A DNA stretch of 64,000 bases from Candidatus Andersenbacteria bacterium RIFCSPHIGHO2_02_FULL_46_16 (GCA_001817065.1 MHHQ01000029.1:4049-68048); one strand, 5' to 3'. Counted from the first letter of the stretch, positions 48,137 through 58,970 are shown. Numbers and translations: made by a program. The notes: a model not told the origin generated them from the letters alone.

Positions 48137-49420
48137 ATGCCCATAAAACCCATCACCGCTTCTTTTCTGCTCAAATCAAGCGCCATTGTAACTGTCGGTT
48201 CGATCGCCGCCAGTATTCTGCAATATTTGTTTACCGTTGTGATGGCTCGCCTATTGTCTCCTGACTCATTCGGCAGTCTAGCATCTCTTCTTTCCTGGAT
48301 CACAATATTGATATTTCCGGCCGGGGTAATTTCCGTGCATGTCACCCGCCAAACAGCCATCTATCTGGCGCACGACGAAAAAACTAGACTACTCAAACTA
48401 TATCGCCGCCACAGCCTACTCTCTTTGGCCGGTATTGCTTTTTTTATAATCATCCTCTTGACCGCTGACCTCCTAAATCTCTTCCCGGCTGCCTGGCCGT
48501 TCTCTTATTTTCTCCTGACGGTAATCATTATCGGCTTCTCCCTCTTGTCCGCCGTTAACCAAGGGTTATTGCACGGTTCGCAATATTTCGCGCGCTTATC
48601 TTTACTGGCCTTCATCAGTGCATTTTTTAAGTTTTTTCTATCCGGGATTTTAGTCGCCAACGGTTATGATGTCTTCGGTGTCGCTGTTGCCTTGTCGGCT
48701 AGCGGCACCATCACCTATCTGATCAGTCTATGGCTGGTTCGCCGCGTATTACGTTCTGCCTCGTCGATGCCATCATCCCCAATTACCACAATACCGCCTA
48801 GTAATACTCGCTATATGCCGTACATATTCTCTGCTCTTTTTTTACTCATGCTCCTTAGCAACATCGATATAATCCTAGCCAAACACTGGCTTGAGGCGGA
48901 CGCAGCCGGTTATTACGCCATTTTAGCCACCGCTGGAAAAGTGATTTTCTTTGGCACCGTCGCCATCAGCGGTGTTGCGTTTCCCTCCGCCACCCAAGCC
49001 TCCGCCACCGGCAGCGGCCAAGAAAAACATATATTGGCAATTTCCTTATCAACGGTTTTAGCTTTAGCCGCCTGTGCCGTCAGTCTTTACCTGTTTTTCC
49101 CTCAACAAATCATCACTATAGTTTTTGGTACAGATTACCTCCCCGCCGCTCCCCATCTCGGCCATATCGGCATCATCGCCGGCCTTTGGGCTATTATCCA
49201 ACTTTATGTTCGTCTGCTCCTGGCTAAAGGAGATCGCCTATTCCTCATTCCTTTGGCCATCTTTATAGCCGCTGAAGTTGCCGGCATTTCTATCTGGCAT
49301 CAAAGCATATCCGCCATCTTATTGGTCTTATTTATTACCGGCTCGCTCCTTGCCCTAAGCCTGGCTCTAATCTATCAATACTCGATCGCTAAAAATGACA
49401 TCGCCAAAAATTACCATTGA
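48137..49420 (+). CDS. polysaccharide biosynthesis protein / Wzx-like flippase (MOP superfamily)
   Basis: 427 aa, about 12 TM helices. Adjacent to the glycan cluster. Confidence 0.6.
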   Translation: MPIKPITASFLLKSSAIVTVGSIAASILQYLFTVVMARLLSPDSFGSLASLLSWITILIFPAGVISVHVTRQTAIYLAHDEKTRLLKLYRRHSLLSLAGIAFFIIILLTADLLNLFPAAWPFSYFLLTVIIIGFSLLSAVNQGLLHGSQYFARLSLLAFISAFFKFFLSGILVANGYDVFGVAVALSASGTITYLISLWLVRRVLRSASSMPSSPITTIPPSNTRYMPYIFSALFLLMLLSNIDIILAKHWLEADAAGYYAILATAGKVIFFGTVAISGVAFPSATQASATGSGQEKHILAISLSTVLALAACAVSLYLFFPQQIITIVFGTDYLPAAPHLGHIGIIAGLWAIIQLYVRLLLAKGDRLFLIPLAIFIAAEVAGISIWHQSISAILLVLFITGSLLALSLALIYQYSIAKNDIAKNYH

Positions 49421-49469
49421 CATGACTTATTAGACCAATATAACTGCAGTACAACTAAAAAAAAGCTGA

Positions 49470-49784
49470 AAACCTACCTTTATGGAGGGTCTCCCGTAAG
49501 GGGATAGGCATTTCCGCCCCGCGAGAGGTGGTTTTTAGTCTAAAGTAACTGCTCACAGGTTAAGGGTGGATTACTAGGTTAAGCCATATTTAGAGCCAGA
49601 AAAAGAAGGTTTTCTTAAAAGTGAAAAATTATAACGTCTTATCTTAGCCAATAGTCTTCCTCGACCAGTGAGCAGTTACAGTCTAAACTATTGACAATTC
49701 ACCTTTGCTACTTATACTACGCAGTATAAGTAGCCGAATACTTCCTGTTCTGAGGTTGGTGGCCGTAAGGCCTAGGCTGCTTTT
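49470..49784 (+). other. structured intergenic region, candidate ncRNA or IS remnant
   Basis: Two GTAA-tetraloop hairpins (TCCCgtaaGGGA, GGCCgtaaGGCC). An 11-bp perfect hairpin CTACTTATACTacgcAGTATAAGTAG. A long-range 12-bp inverted repeat GTAACTGCTCAC / GTGAGCAGTTAC about 110 nt apart. A terminal T-run. Confidence 0.3.
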
Positions 49785-50360
49785 TTAGTTCCTTGAAACA
49801 ATAATTTTTTCGCGCATTGCTTTTCTATATAACGGCTTCATTAGGTCATCCCCTTCAATGCCATCGCGCACAAAGCCCGCCACCGCATCGGCCAATCTAA
49901 TAAATTCATCAGCTTCATCTGTAAGTCCACGAGCCCTTTGTGCCTTAACATGGAGACTTCGTAATCCTCTGGTAAAGTGATCACGTTGGCTTTGGTTGAG
50001 CCCATCCACATATACCGTCGCTTGATAAGACTGGCTGGCATGGCCAAGAATTGCCCAGGCAGTGGTTAGCACTGTCAGATCCATATAATATCGGGAATGT
50101 AGATAATGCGCAGCGTGCAGCAAGCCGATGAATTTTTTAGATTCCAGAATACGGCGGATATAGGCCTCGCGCCTTGACCTCGCAGTTCGCGTCCACTTTC
50201 TATTTGCCTTACCAGACTCTTTCTCGATTTGCCGCAACAATTTCCTCAACTTATCGCGCTGGTTTCCCACCACAATCACCGACACTAAAAATATCTCGCC
50301 TCGGGTATCCTGCCCCGACTCATCCACATAGGCATACAATTTTTGTTTCTTTACGCCCAT
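49785..50360 (-). CDS. DUF3800-domain protein
   Basis: N-terminal YAYVDESG and C-terminal FIRLADAVAGFV, characteristic of DUF3800. Confidence 0.55.
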   Translation of the reverse strand: MGVKKQKLYAYVDESGQDTRGEIFLVSVIVVGNQRDKLRKLLRQIEKESGKANRKWTRTARSRREAYIRRILESKKFIGLLHAAHYLHSRYYMDLTVLTTAWAILGHASQSYQATVYVDGLNQSQRDHFTRGLRSLHVKAQRARGLTDEADEFIRLADAVAGFVRDGIEGDDLMKPLYRKAMREKIIVSRN

Positions 50361-50426
50361 AAATTTATGATATACCTATAACGGTTCATCTAAAATAATT
50401 GCATCATCAAATATGAAAAATTAACA

Positions 50427-51521
50427 ATGAAATTATTATTCCTAAATTGGCGCGACACCAGCCACCCCAAAGCCGGCGGTGCCGAGCAACTCACGGAAAA
50501 CATCGCGGCTGAACTGGTCAAGCACGGTCATCAGATTACGCTTCTTTGTCCCCTATTTCCCGGCTGCCAACAGCAGGAAACCAAACGCGGCTATCACATA
50601 ATCCGCCGCGGCAACCAGCTTACTGTCCGCTTCCACGCCTGGCGCCTCTGGCAAAATAAATTTAGACAGGACAAAAAAGCCATTTGTGTTGATCAATTCC
50701 ACGGATTGCCGTTCTTTGCACCACTATATGCTCATCACCACACGCTAGCATTCATACACGAGGTGGCTGGTGAGTGTTGGCAATATAATTTTTTATTTCC
50801 ATTTAACATCTTCGGGCAACTATTAGAAAAATTTTCCTTTCTTTTATACAGTGGCACTACATTTATAACGGTTTCTGAATCTACCAAAAACGATCTCATC
50901 AGGGTCGGTATTTTTTCCGACACCATTTCAATCATTCCCGTAACCATTTCCGTCACTCCCATTTCCTCGCCTGTTTTTATTAAAAACAATCCTATAATAA
51001 TTAGTCTTAACCGCATCGCACCTATAAAAAACATCACTGATACAATTTCTGCCTGCCTGCATTTAAAAAAACGTATTCCTGATTTACAGCTGTGGCTGGT
51101 CGGCTCCGGTCAAGGACGGTATTTTGAACAAATAAAACTTCTGGCTGCTAAACATCAAGATTTAATTACTATGCACGGCTTCGTCAGTGAACAAAAAAAA
51201 CAGGAACTATTATCTCAAGCTAAAGTTTTAGTCACGACTTCCCACAAAGAAGGTTACGGCTTGAACATCCTCGAGGCAGCTGCATACGGCACTCCCTCCA
51301 TCGCCTACAATGTAAACGGTTTACGCGAAGCAATCATTAACAACCAAACCGGCCTGTTGACCAAACACAACACACCAGAAGATTTAGCTCGCCAACTAGA
51401 AAAGATTCTAACCAATACCAAGCTTCACCAAAAAATGGCCCATGCCGCATGGCAACGCAGTTATAAATTTTCTTTGAAAAATACAGTCGACTCTTTCGAG
51501 TCTATACTAAAGCAACTATAA
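50427..51521 (+). CDS. glycosyltransferase family 4
   Basis: EGYGLNILEAAAYGTPSIA...NGLREAI motif. Confidence 0.8.
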   Translation: MKLLFLNWRDTSHPKAGGAEQLTENIAAELVKHGHQITLLCPLFPGCQQQETKRGYHIIRRGNQLTVRFHAWRLWQNKFRQDKKAICVDQFHGLPFFAPLYAHHHTLAFIHEVAGECWQYNFLFPFNIFGQLLEKFSFLLYSGTTFITVSESTKNDLIRVGIFSDTISIIPVTISVTPISSPVFIKNNPIIISLNRIAPIKNITDTISACLHLKKRIPDLQLWLVGSGQGRYFEQIKLLAAKHQDLITMHGFVSEQKKQELLSQAKVLVTTSHKEGYGLNILEAAAYGTPSIAYNVNGLREAIINNQTGLLTKHNTPEDLARQLEKILTNTKLHQKMAHAAWQRSYKFSLKNTVDSFESILKQL

Positions 51522-51579
51522 TTCAATGCACTAGCTAACCACGTTGCTCATACATAATCTGATATAGTATATTAATTGT

Positions 51580-52569
51580 ATGATAAAAAAAGCTGTCGTT
51601 TGCGGCGGAGGCGGATTCATAGGAAGTCATTTAGTCCGCGACCTCAAACAAAAAGGCGGGTGGGTACGAGCTGTTGACTTGAAGAAACCAGAATTTTCTG
51701 ATAGTGCCGCGGATGAATTCATTGTTGGTGATTTGCGCAATGTAGGCATAGCCCAGCAGGCCGTCGCTGATATGGAAGACGTCTACCAATTAGCCGCTGA
51801 TATGGGCGGTATGGGTTTTATTTGCGGTGATCATGACGCTGCCATCATGCACAACTCAGCCCTCATTAATTTGCATGTATTAAATGAGGCCTATCAAGCC
51901 AAGTGCCGGAAGATCTTCTATTCTTCCTCTGCCTGCGTCTACGCCAAACATAACCAGGCTGATCCCAGCAATCCCAAGTGCAGCGAAGAGTCCGCCTACC
52001 CAGCTGCCCCGGATAGCGAGTATGGTTGGGAGAAGCTATTTAGCGAGAGGTTATACCTGACCTATGGTCGCAACTATGGCATGGACGTTAGAATTGCCCG
52101 CTTCCATAATGTATTTGGTCCCGAAGGAACGTGGACCGGTGGTCGCGAAAAAGCGCCCGCGGCTTTATGCCGCAAGGTAGCCGAAGCCAAAAACGGAGGC
52201 TCCATTGAAATTTGGGGACCGGGCGATCAAACAAGGTCTTTTCTCTTTATTGATGAGTGCTTGGAAGGAATCAGCCGCCTCATGGCTTCAGATTTCTCCG
52301 GCCCAGTTAATATAGGCTCTGAAGAAATGATTTCTATTAATAATCTGGCAATATTGGTGTCTGATATCGCCGGCAAGCAAATTAATATTAAAAATATCGA
52401 TGGTCCGGAAGGTGTTCGGGGACGCAATTCAGACAACCGTTTAATCAAAAATACACTAGGCTGGGCGCCATCTGCTCCCCTGCGAGTCGGCTTGGAAAAA
52501 ACTTATGCCTGGATAAATAAACAGGTCCGAATAAAAAAACTAGCACAAAATGTAGTTCATCATGCCTAA
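51580..52569 (+). CDS. NAD-dependent epimerase/dehydratase (SDR family)
   Basis: GGGGFIGSH Rossmann motif and YxxxK catalytic region. Confidence 0.8.
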   Translation: MIKKAVVCGGGGFIGSHLVRDLKQKGGWVRAVDLKKPEFSDSAADEFIVGDLRNVGIAQQAVADMEDVYQLAADMGGMGFICGDHDAAIMHNSALINLHVLNEAYQAKCRKIFYSSSACVYAKHNQADPSNPKCSEESAYPAAPDSEYGWEKLFSERLYLTYGRNYGMDVRIARFHNVFGPEGTWTGGREKAPAALCRKVAEAKNGGSIEIWGPGDQTRSFLFIDECLEGISRLMASDFSGPVNIGSEEMISINNLAILVSDIAGKQINIKNIDGPEGVRGRNSDNRLIKNTLGWAPSAPLRVGLEKTYAWINKQVRIKKLAQNVVHHA

Positions 52570-53191
52570 CCCAGACCTCTCGCGATACCTACCATACAAA
52601 CAAACTATCTTCCGTCGACTTGGCTTTAATTTTGTGCCCGGAAAAACACTGCTTGACGTCGGGTGCGGCGATGGCTCTGATGCTGATATCTTTATTAATG
52701 CGTATGGACTGCAAGTATATGGGACGGATGTTTTTACGCACCCAGATATATTCCAAATACACGGTCTGCATTTTCAAGAAGCAAGTATTTACCACCAACC
52801 TTTCCCAGACGCATCTTTCGATTATGTTTTTTTACATGACGTTTTGCACCATATTGATGAAGAAGAACAATCACCTATTAAACACCAGCAAGCCTTGCAG
52901 GAATTAAAACGAATCCTTAAGCCCAATGGCTATTGCTTAATTGTAGAAGGGAATCGTTACAATCCAATGTTTTACCCGCACATGGTCCTGATGCGAGGCC
53001 ATAATCATTGGAGACAATCATATTTCAAAAGCATGGTGAGCCAAGTTTTCCCGCACGCTAAATTTAAATTTTACGAAGCCCATCATTACCCGTGGGGTGG
53101 AAAAATTTGGAAACCATTTGAATGGCTGATGAATAATGTTATTCCACCGCAGTTTGCTGCTTACAACACTTCTGTTGCGCGTAATGATTGA
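52562..53191 (+). CDS. class I SAM-dependent methyltransferase
   Basis: LLDVGCGDGSDA motif I. Confidence 0.7.
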   Translation: MPNPDLSRYLPYKQTIFRRLGFNFVPGKTLLDVGCGDGSDADIFINAYGLQVYGTDVFTHPDIFQIHGLHFQEASIYHQPFPDASFDYVFLHDVLHHIDEEEQSPIKHQQALQELKRILKPNGYCLIVEGNRYNPMFYPHMVLMRGHNHWRQSYFKSMVSQVFPHAKFKFYEAHHYPWGGKIWKPFEWLMNNVIPPQFAAYNTSVARND

Positions 53192-54363
53192 CCATGAAGG
53201 TTCAAGAGGGAAAATTTATTATCGCTGCCCATGTACTATGGTATGCCACTGCTCATGCCCTTAAAGATTATTTACTAACAAAAAAACCCAATGTTGTTGT
53301 CTTCTTACAATTGCCATTTGTAACCCGAAACCGTCTGAACGTTGATGTCTATCACCAGCAAAAGCATGTCCTAGCTAAAGAATTCAAACGCCACTCTTAC
53401 CCTGAGATAATTAACTACGTACTCGATTTTTTACAGGTTTTGCGTTGGTCACTAGTTCAACCCGGCCGACACTATATTTTTATCGGTGAAGACCCATTGA
53501 ATTGCATGGCCGGAATTTTCCTTAAAATTATTACCAAAATTGATAAAGTCATTTTCTACTCTATCGATTTTTCACCAACGCGCTTTGCTAATCCGCTGCT
53601 GAACTATATCTATCACTCCTTAGAAAAAATATGCGTAATCTTCGCCGACGAAACCTGGAACGTCTCTCCTAAAATCGCCGAGGGAAGACAACAATTCCTC
53701 AACTTATCTCCCACAAAGCATCCTCAAAAAGTTGTGCCCGTTGGCATTTGGCCAAACGAAATCGTCTTAAATCCCATTGGTGAAAATACAATTAGAAAAT
53801 ATCATCTGATATTCATGGGCCATCTACTCGAAAAACAAGGTGTCCAAATGGTGCTTGAAGCTGTTCCATTAATAATTAAAATAATTCCTAATTTTATATT
53901 CGCCATTATTGGTGAGGGCCCATACGCGAAGCAGCTTCACCAACAAACCAAGCACCTCAAAGTCTCACAGCATGTTATATTCACTGGTAGCATTCCTGGA
54001 CACGACGAGCTAAATAGAATGATGGACCATGGCCTCTGTGCCGTTGCCCTGTACAAACCAGAACCGGACAAAAAACTAAATTTCACCTATTACGCCGACC
54101 CGGGTAAAATCAAGGAATATTTAGCCAGGGGGCTACCGGTTATTACTACTAACGTGCCTTATAACGCACATGAGATTACCAGACGTCAATGCGGCTTAGT
54201 TGTTAACTATAATAAAGAAGAAGTCAGCCATGCAATTATTAGTCTTCTAAGAAACAAACAGACACTAGCAGAATATAGCAAGAATGCTCTATCCTTCGCC
54301 CGCGAATTCACGTGGGATAACGTTTACACTAATGCCTTTGCAGAAAGTTATGGACAACACTGA
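53188..54363 (+). CDS. glycosyltransferase (GT4-like C-terminal domain)
   Basis: C-terminal GT1/GT4 fold pattern (GHLLEKQGV...FTGSIP...GLPVITT). Confidence 0.6.
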   Translation: MTMKVQEGKFIIAAHVLWYATAHALKDYLLTKKPNVVVFLQLPFVTRNRLNVDVYHQQKHVLAKEFKRHSYPEIINYVLDFLQVLRWSLVQPGRHYIFIGEDPLNCMAGIFLKIITKIDKVIFYSIDFSPTRFANPLLNYIYHSLEKICVIFADETWNVSPKIAEGRQQFLNLSPTKHPQKVVPVGIWPNEIVLNPIGENTIRKYHLIFMGHLLEKQGVQMVLEAVPLIIKIIPNFIFAIIGEGPYAKQLHQQTKHLKVSQHVIFTGSIPGHDELNRMMDHGLCAVALYKPEPDKKLNFTYYADPGKIKEYLARGLPVITTNVPYNAHEITRRQCGLVVNYNKEEVSHAIISLLRNKQTLAEYSKNALSFAREFTWDNVYTNAFAESYGQH

Positions 54364-55096
54364 AAAACAGCACCGACATCAAAACCATTATTTCAATCGG
54401 GAATTTGCCGCGGTTCGGTCTTACCACCTCGCCCCCTGGCAGCAAAGCTATATCAACAAGATCACTAGCCATCTTCTCGCCAAAGATTCAGTTGGAAAAA
54501 ACATACTTGACATCGCCACTGGTAGCGGCTACGTCGCAATTGAAATGGCTAAACGTGGACTGAATGTCACTGCCAGTGACCTTAGTATTGTCGCCATTAA
54601 AAACCTTAAAAAATATCGTCAACAATTCTCTCTCAAGAACCTCAACATCATTAAATGCCCAGCCGAAAAGATACCCCTCGCAGACAACAGCTTCGACTAC
54701 ATCATTGCCAATGCTATCTTGGAACACATTTTTGATGAAAACAAGGCTATCAACGAATGGCTACGGCTATTAAAGCCCAACGGTCAAATATTAGTTACCA
54801 TTCCTCTTATGTACCGCTATATTTGGCCGTTTTTATGGCCCATAAATTATATTCACGACAAACGTATTGGCCACTTGCGTCGATATAATAGTACCAGTTT
54901 ACAAAGCAAATTCCATCTTGATCTTATGCATGTCTTTTACACCGGTCATTTAGTTAAAGTAATAGGTGCGGCAATCAACGCAATTTTTCCACTTCCCAAA
55001 CTAGTAGAATACTGTGAAATAAAAGACGATTACAAACAAAAAATCGCTTATGGCGCTAATAATATCGTGGTTATTATGAAAAAAACTAAACAATAA
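54350..55096 (+). CDS. SAM-dependent methyltransferase
   Basis: ILDIATGSGYVAIEMAKRG motif I. The track ORF starts at 54284, overlapping the upstream gene by 80 nt. The start at Met 54350 (MDNTEKQ) seems more likely. Confidence 0.65.
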   Translation: MDNTEKQHRHQNHYFNREFAAVRSYHLAPWQQSYINKITSHLLAKDSVGKNILDIATGSGYVAIEMAKRGLNVTASDLSIVAIKNLKKYRQQFSLKNLNIIKCPAEKIPLADNSFDYIIANAILEHIFDENKAINEWLRLLKPNGQILVTIPLMYRYIWPFLWPINYIHDKRIGHLRRYNSTSLQSKFHLDLMHVFYTGHLVKVIGAAINAIFPLPKLVEYCEIKDDYKQKIAYGANNIVVIMKKTKQ

Positions 55097-55099
55097 TCC

Positions 55100-55789
55100 A
55101 TGAAAAAACATTTAGCTAAAATCTTCGACCATGCTTATGCCCGTAATACCAAAAACATCCTCTTACTGCTCGATAAACAAAGAGCCGCACAGTTCCTGGA
55201 CTTAGGTTGTGACGATGGCACTCTATCCCTAGCACTAGCCAAGCGCATCAATACCAAAGATATCAGCGGTGTTGAAATTGACGGCACAGCAGCCATACAC
55301 GCTGTTAAGCGAGGCATCAAAGTTAAGCAATTTGATTTGAACAAACAGTTTGATTTTACAAATGATTCATTTGATGTAGTTCATGCCAATCAGATAATAG
55401 AACATCTTTACGATGCTGATAATTTTCTTTCGGAAATTCACCGTATACTAAAACCTAGTGGCTATGCCATCATCAGTACCGAAAACGCCAGCAGTTGGTG
55501 TAATATATTTGCCAGTGTGATGGGCTGGCAAATATTTTCATTAACCAATATGTCTACTATAGGAAGTTTAGGAAATCCGTGGTCCCTGTATCGTAATACA
55601 ATTAAAAAACCTGCTTCCTGGATCCATATTCGTATCTATAATTTTCGCGGACTCAAAGAATTAATCCAAGCACATGGATTTGTGATTGAAGAGATCCGCG
55701 GTGCTGGCTATTTTCCCTTCCCTGCGGGTATGGGCAATATTGATAAAACACACGCTCACTTTATGGCTTTTAAGGTACGCAAAAAATGA
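55100..55789 (+). CDS. SAM-dependent methyltransferase
   Basis: FLDLGCDDGTLS motif I. Acidic motif II (VVHANQIIEH). Confidence 0.7.
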   Translation: MKKHLAKIFDHAYARNTKNILLLLDKQRAAQFLDLGCDDGTLSLALAKRINTKDISGVEIDGTAAIHAVKRGIKVKQFDLNKQFDFTNDSFDVVHANQIIEHLYDADNFLSEIHRILKPSGYAIISTENASSWCNIFASVMGWQIFSLTNMSTIGSLGNPWSLYRNTIKKPASWIHIRIYNFRGLKELIQAHGFVIEEIRGAGYFPFPAGMGNIDKTHAHFMAFKVRKK

Positions 55790-56619
55790 CTCCTCTCGTA
55801 TCAATTATTGTCCCTACCAGAAATTCAGCTGTCGTTCTGCAAGCCTGTCTTAATAGCATCAAGCAGCAAACATATAAAAATATTGAGTTAGTTATTGTTG
55901 ATAATAATTCCACTGACAACACATTAGTAATTGCCAAATCTTTTACAAATCAGGTATTCAGCAAAGGCCCGGAACGCTCCGCCCAGCGCAATTTGGGAGC
56001 CCGGCAAGCTCACGGGGATTATCTATTATTTATTGATAGTGATATGAAATTGTCGCCGCAAGTAGTCGCAAGCTGCGTTGAGAAAATTCAAAATAACCCC
56101 CAAACAAAAGCCATAATTATTCCCGAAGAATCCTTTGGTGAGGGCTTTTGGGCACAGTGCAAAAAATTAGAGCGAAGTTTTTATATTGGCGTGGATTGGA
56201 TGGAAGCGGCCAGGTTTTTCACCCGCGACGCGTTCGAAGAAGCCAGTGGTTTCGACGAAAATATGATCAGCGGCGAAGACTGGGATCTATCGCAACGTGT
56301 CGGTAAAAAATACCCCATTGACAGCATTGACCAATTTATCTACCACAATGAGGGCAAGGTTAGCCTACGGCAAATAATCAAAAAGAAATTTTATTATGCT
56401 CGCAACCTAACGCAATATCAATCTGTGCCTGCCAACAAGATCAAATTGAAATACCAGGCAAGTATAAAAAAAAGATATTTATTATTTTTATCTGATCGCA
56501 AGAAACTTTTCTCCACTCCGCTTACCAGTGCTGGTATGCTGTTTATGAAATCTTGTGAATTTGGATTTGGCGGAGTGGGATATTTATTCGGAAAGATAAA
56601 AGCAAAACGAAGACAGTAA
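55786..56619 (+). CDS. glycosyltransferase family 2
   Basis: VSIIVPTRNSAVVLQACLNSI...ELVIVDNNSTDNT, then DSD. Confidence 0.8.
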   Translation: MTPLVSIIVPTRNSAVVLQACLNSIKQQTYKNIELVIVDNNSTDNTLVIAKSFTNQVFSKGPERSAQRNLGARQAHGDYLLFIDSDMKLSPQVVASCVEKIQNNPQTKAIIIPEESFGEGFWAQCKKLERSFYIGVDWMEAARFFTRDAFEEASGFDENMISGEDWDLSQRVGKKYPIDSIDQFIYHNEGKVSLRQIIKKKFYYARNLTQYQSVPANKIKLKYQASIKKRYLLFLSDRKKLFSTPLTSAGMLFMKSCEFGFGGVGYLFGKIKAKRRQ

Positions 56620-56637
56620 CATAAAAAACTTAGCAAG

Positions 56638-57837
56638 ATGACTAGTCAAACCAATAATATTAACAAATTAATCTTGAATCTTTTTTTTATCCCATTCTTT
56701 TGGATATTTTCTTATATTATTCCTAAAAAGAAGAAATTAATAATATTTGGTTCATATTATGGCTATAAATTTATAGGAAATCCCAAGTATTTCTATCTTT
56801 ATTTATTGAATAAAAAAGATAGTGTATATCATCCTTACTGGATCACTAGAAATGTTAAGCTATATCGCTCCTTTAAAAAAGACTTGAAACCGGTGTTTTA
56901 TTTGTATTCTTTTTCCGGGATCTGGAAAATCTTAAGGGCAGAATATCTATTTATTGGAGAAGCTGCCCAAGATATTACAGGTAGAACTTTTCTTTTAGGT
57001 AATTTTAATATTATTGAATCTTGGCACGCCACACCCCTAAAAGATATTTCAATACCTGACAAATTTAACCAAACATTTTATCAAAAATTATTTAATTTTA
57101 TGCTGCATCAGGAGCTAAAATTATATAAAGTCGTTATTAGTTGTTCAACCAGCGCGTCTCAAAATCTGCGATCATTTTTTAAAAATAATAATATCCAAAT
57201 ATCAGGATATCCTCGCAATGATATCTTTTATAATTACAAGCTAAGCTACAGAAATTACAGGAAAGATTTAGACTTACATCAATATAAAAAAATATTATTA
57301 TATGCCCCTACTTTTAGAGATCATAAAAAGGATGTTGTACCATTTTCACCAGTCTTCTTAACTCGATTAAATAGTTATTTAAAACTAAATAATTATATTT
57401 TACTGGTCAAAGATCATCCTATTTCCATATTTGGCAGAAGGGTAAAAAGTATTAATCTTAGTAACATACAAGATGTAACGAATGTATGTGACGACATCCA
57501 GGAATTATTAATTTACGTTGATATTTTGATAACAGATTACTCGGGTATGATCTTTGAATTTTGTCTAACAAACAGACCAATAATTTTTTATTGTTATGAT
57601 TATAACGATTACCTGAAAAATTGCAGAAGTATGTGTTATGACTACTTCAGTGAAATGCCTGGACCTTTTGCTAAGAACGAGGCAACCCTTTTATTTCTGA
57701 TAAAAAATGTATCGCATTGGTTCAATGACGCAGCGTATAAGGAAAAATACAATAATTTAAGAGATAAATTTAATAAGTTTCAAGACGGAAGATCGTGTGA
57801 ACGACTATATAAATATATTAGAAAGAGCAATTTTTAA
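56638..57837 (+). CDS. CDP-glycerol glycerophosphotransferase (TagB/TagF family)-like
   Basis: GYPRND motif and C-terminal TDYSG region. The gene is markedly AT-rich relative to its neighbours. Confidence 0.65.
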   Translation: MTSQTNNINKLILNLFFIPFFWIFSYIIPKKKKLIIFGSYYGYKFIGNPKYFYLYLLNKKDSVYHPYWITRNVKLYRSFKKDLKPVFYLYSFSGIWKILRAEYLFIGEAAQDITGRTFLLGNFNIIESWHATPLKDISIPDKFNQTFYQKLFNFMLHQELKLYKVVISCSTSASQNLRSFFKNNNIQISGYPRNDIFYNYKLSYRNYRKDLDLHQYKKILLYAPTFRDHKKDVVPFSPVFLTRLNSYLKLNNYILLVKDHPISIFGRRVKSINLSNIQDVTNVCDDIQELLIYVDILITDYSGMIFEFCLTNRPIIFYCYDYNDYLKNCRSMCYDYFSEMPGPFAKNEATLLFLIKNVSHWFNDAAYKEKYNNLRDKFNKFQDGRSCERLYKYIRKSNF

Positions 57838-57881
57838 AAGTAGAAATAAAAAAATCTATTAACGCTCCGTTTATTTTACAA

Positions 57882-58970
57882 ATGCCCCCCATAAAGATAA
57901 CCTTGGTTGTTGGAACCCGTCCTGAAATCATAAAGATGTCTCCGGTCATTAAAGAATGCCAGGCCAGAAACCTTAGTTTTTTTCTTATACATTCCAACCA
58001 ACACTATACACCTGCCCTGGATGCAATTATTTTTGAAGATTTAGATATCCCTCATCCAAGACATAACCTGAGAGTTGGCTCTGGGACACACGGTACACAA
58101 ACAGGTAAAATATTAATGCGGATTGAAAAAATTTTGATGCGGGAGAAGCCAGATATTGTTCTTGTACAAGGTGATACCAACACTGTGTTAGCAGGTGCTT
58201 TGGCTGCCAAAAAATTGCACATCAAAATCGGACACATTGAAGCAGGCTTGCGCTCTTATTCCGCCGAGATGCCGGAAGAAATTAACCGGGTGCTAGCTGA
58301 CCACTGCTCCGATTTAATGTTCGCGCCAACGGCTAAAGCTAAAATGGCACTCGTCCGTGAAGGCCTTTCGCCAAAAAAGATAATCCTGACTGGTAATACT
58401 ATCGTTGATGCTATTCGTCAAAATTTACCTATGGCTGAATCAAGATCAAAGATTTTACATAAATTTAAATTAGATAGGCAAAAGTATTTTTTATCAACTT
58501 TTCATCGTCCAGAAAACGTGGATAACAAACCAAAGCTAAAAAACATTCTTTCCGCTCTTGGTGAAATTTCTAAAATTTTTTCTTGGCCAATTGTTTGTCC
58601 AATCCACCCCAGAACCCTTAAAAAGATTAAGGAGTTTAGCCAAGCGTTTCCTGCAGGAATTCAAGTTGTCCCTCCTATGGGTTATCTGGATTTTCTAATG
58701 CTGGAGTCCAATGCAAAACTTGTCTTAACAGATTCCGGTGGCATTCAAGAAGAAACGTGCATCCTTAATATTCCTTGCGTAACTCTAAGGGATAATACCG
58801 AGCGACCGGAAACCATCCTGGCCGGCAGCAATATTTTGGCTGGAACTAACTCCGAGGCAATAAGACGCTGCGTCGATACCATGCTGCAAAGAAATACTAA
58901 CTGGCAAAATCCTTTCGGCTCTGGTAAAGCGGCCGCGGTAATTATAGATGCCATCCTGTCCAAATCTTGA
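57882..58970 (+). CDS. wecB: UDP-N-acetylglucosamine 2-epimerase (non-hydrolysing)
   Basis: LVVGTRPEIIKMSPV, HIEAGLRSY, full length. Confidence 0.85.
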   Translation: MPPIKITLVVGTRPEIIKMSPVIKECQARNLSFFLIHSNQHYTPALDAIIFEDLDIPHPRHNLRVGSGTHGTQTGKILMRIEKILMREKPDIVLVQGDTNTVLAGALAAKKLHIKIGHIEAGLRSYSAEMPEEINRVLADHCSDLMFAPTAKAKMALVREGLSPKKIILTGNTIVDAIRQNLPMAESRSKILHKFKLDRQKYFLSTFHRPENVDNKPKLKNILSALGEISKIFSWPIVCPIHPRTLKKIKEFSQAFPAGIQVVPPMGYLDFLMLESNAKLVLTDSGGIQEETCILNIPCVTLRDNTERPETILAGSNILAGTNSEAIRRCVDTMLQRNTNWQNPFGSGKAAAVIIDAILSKS

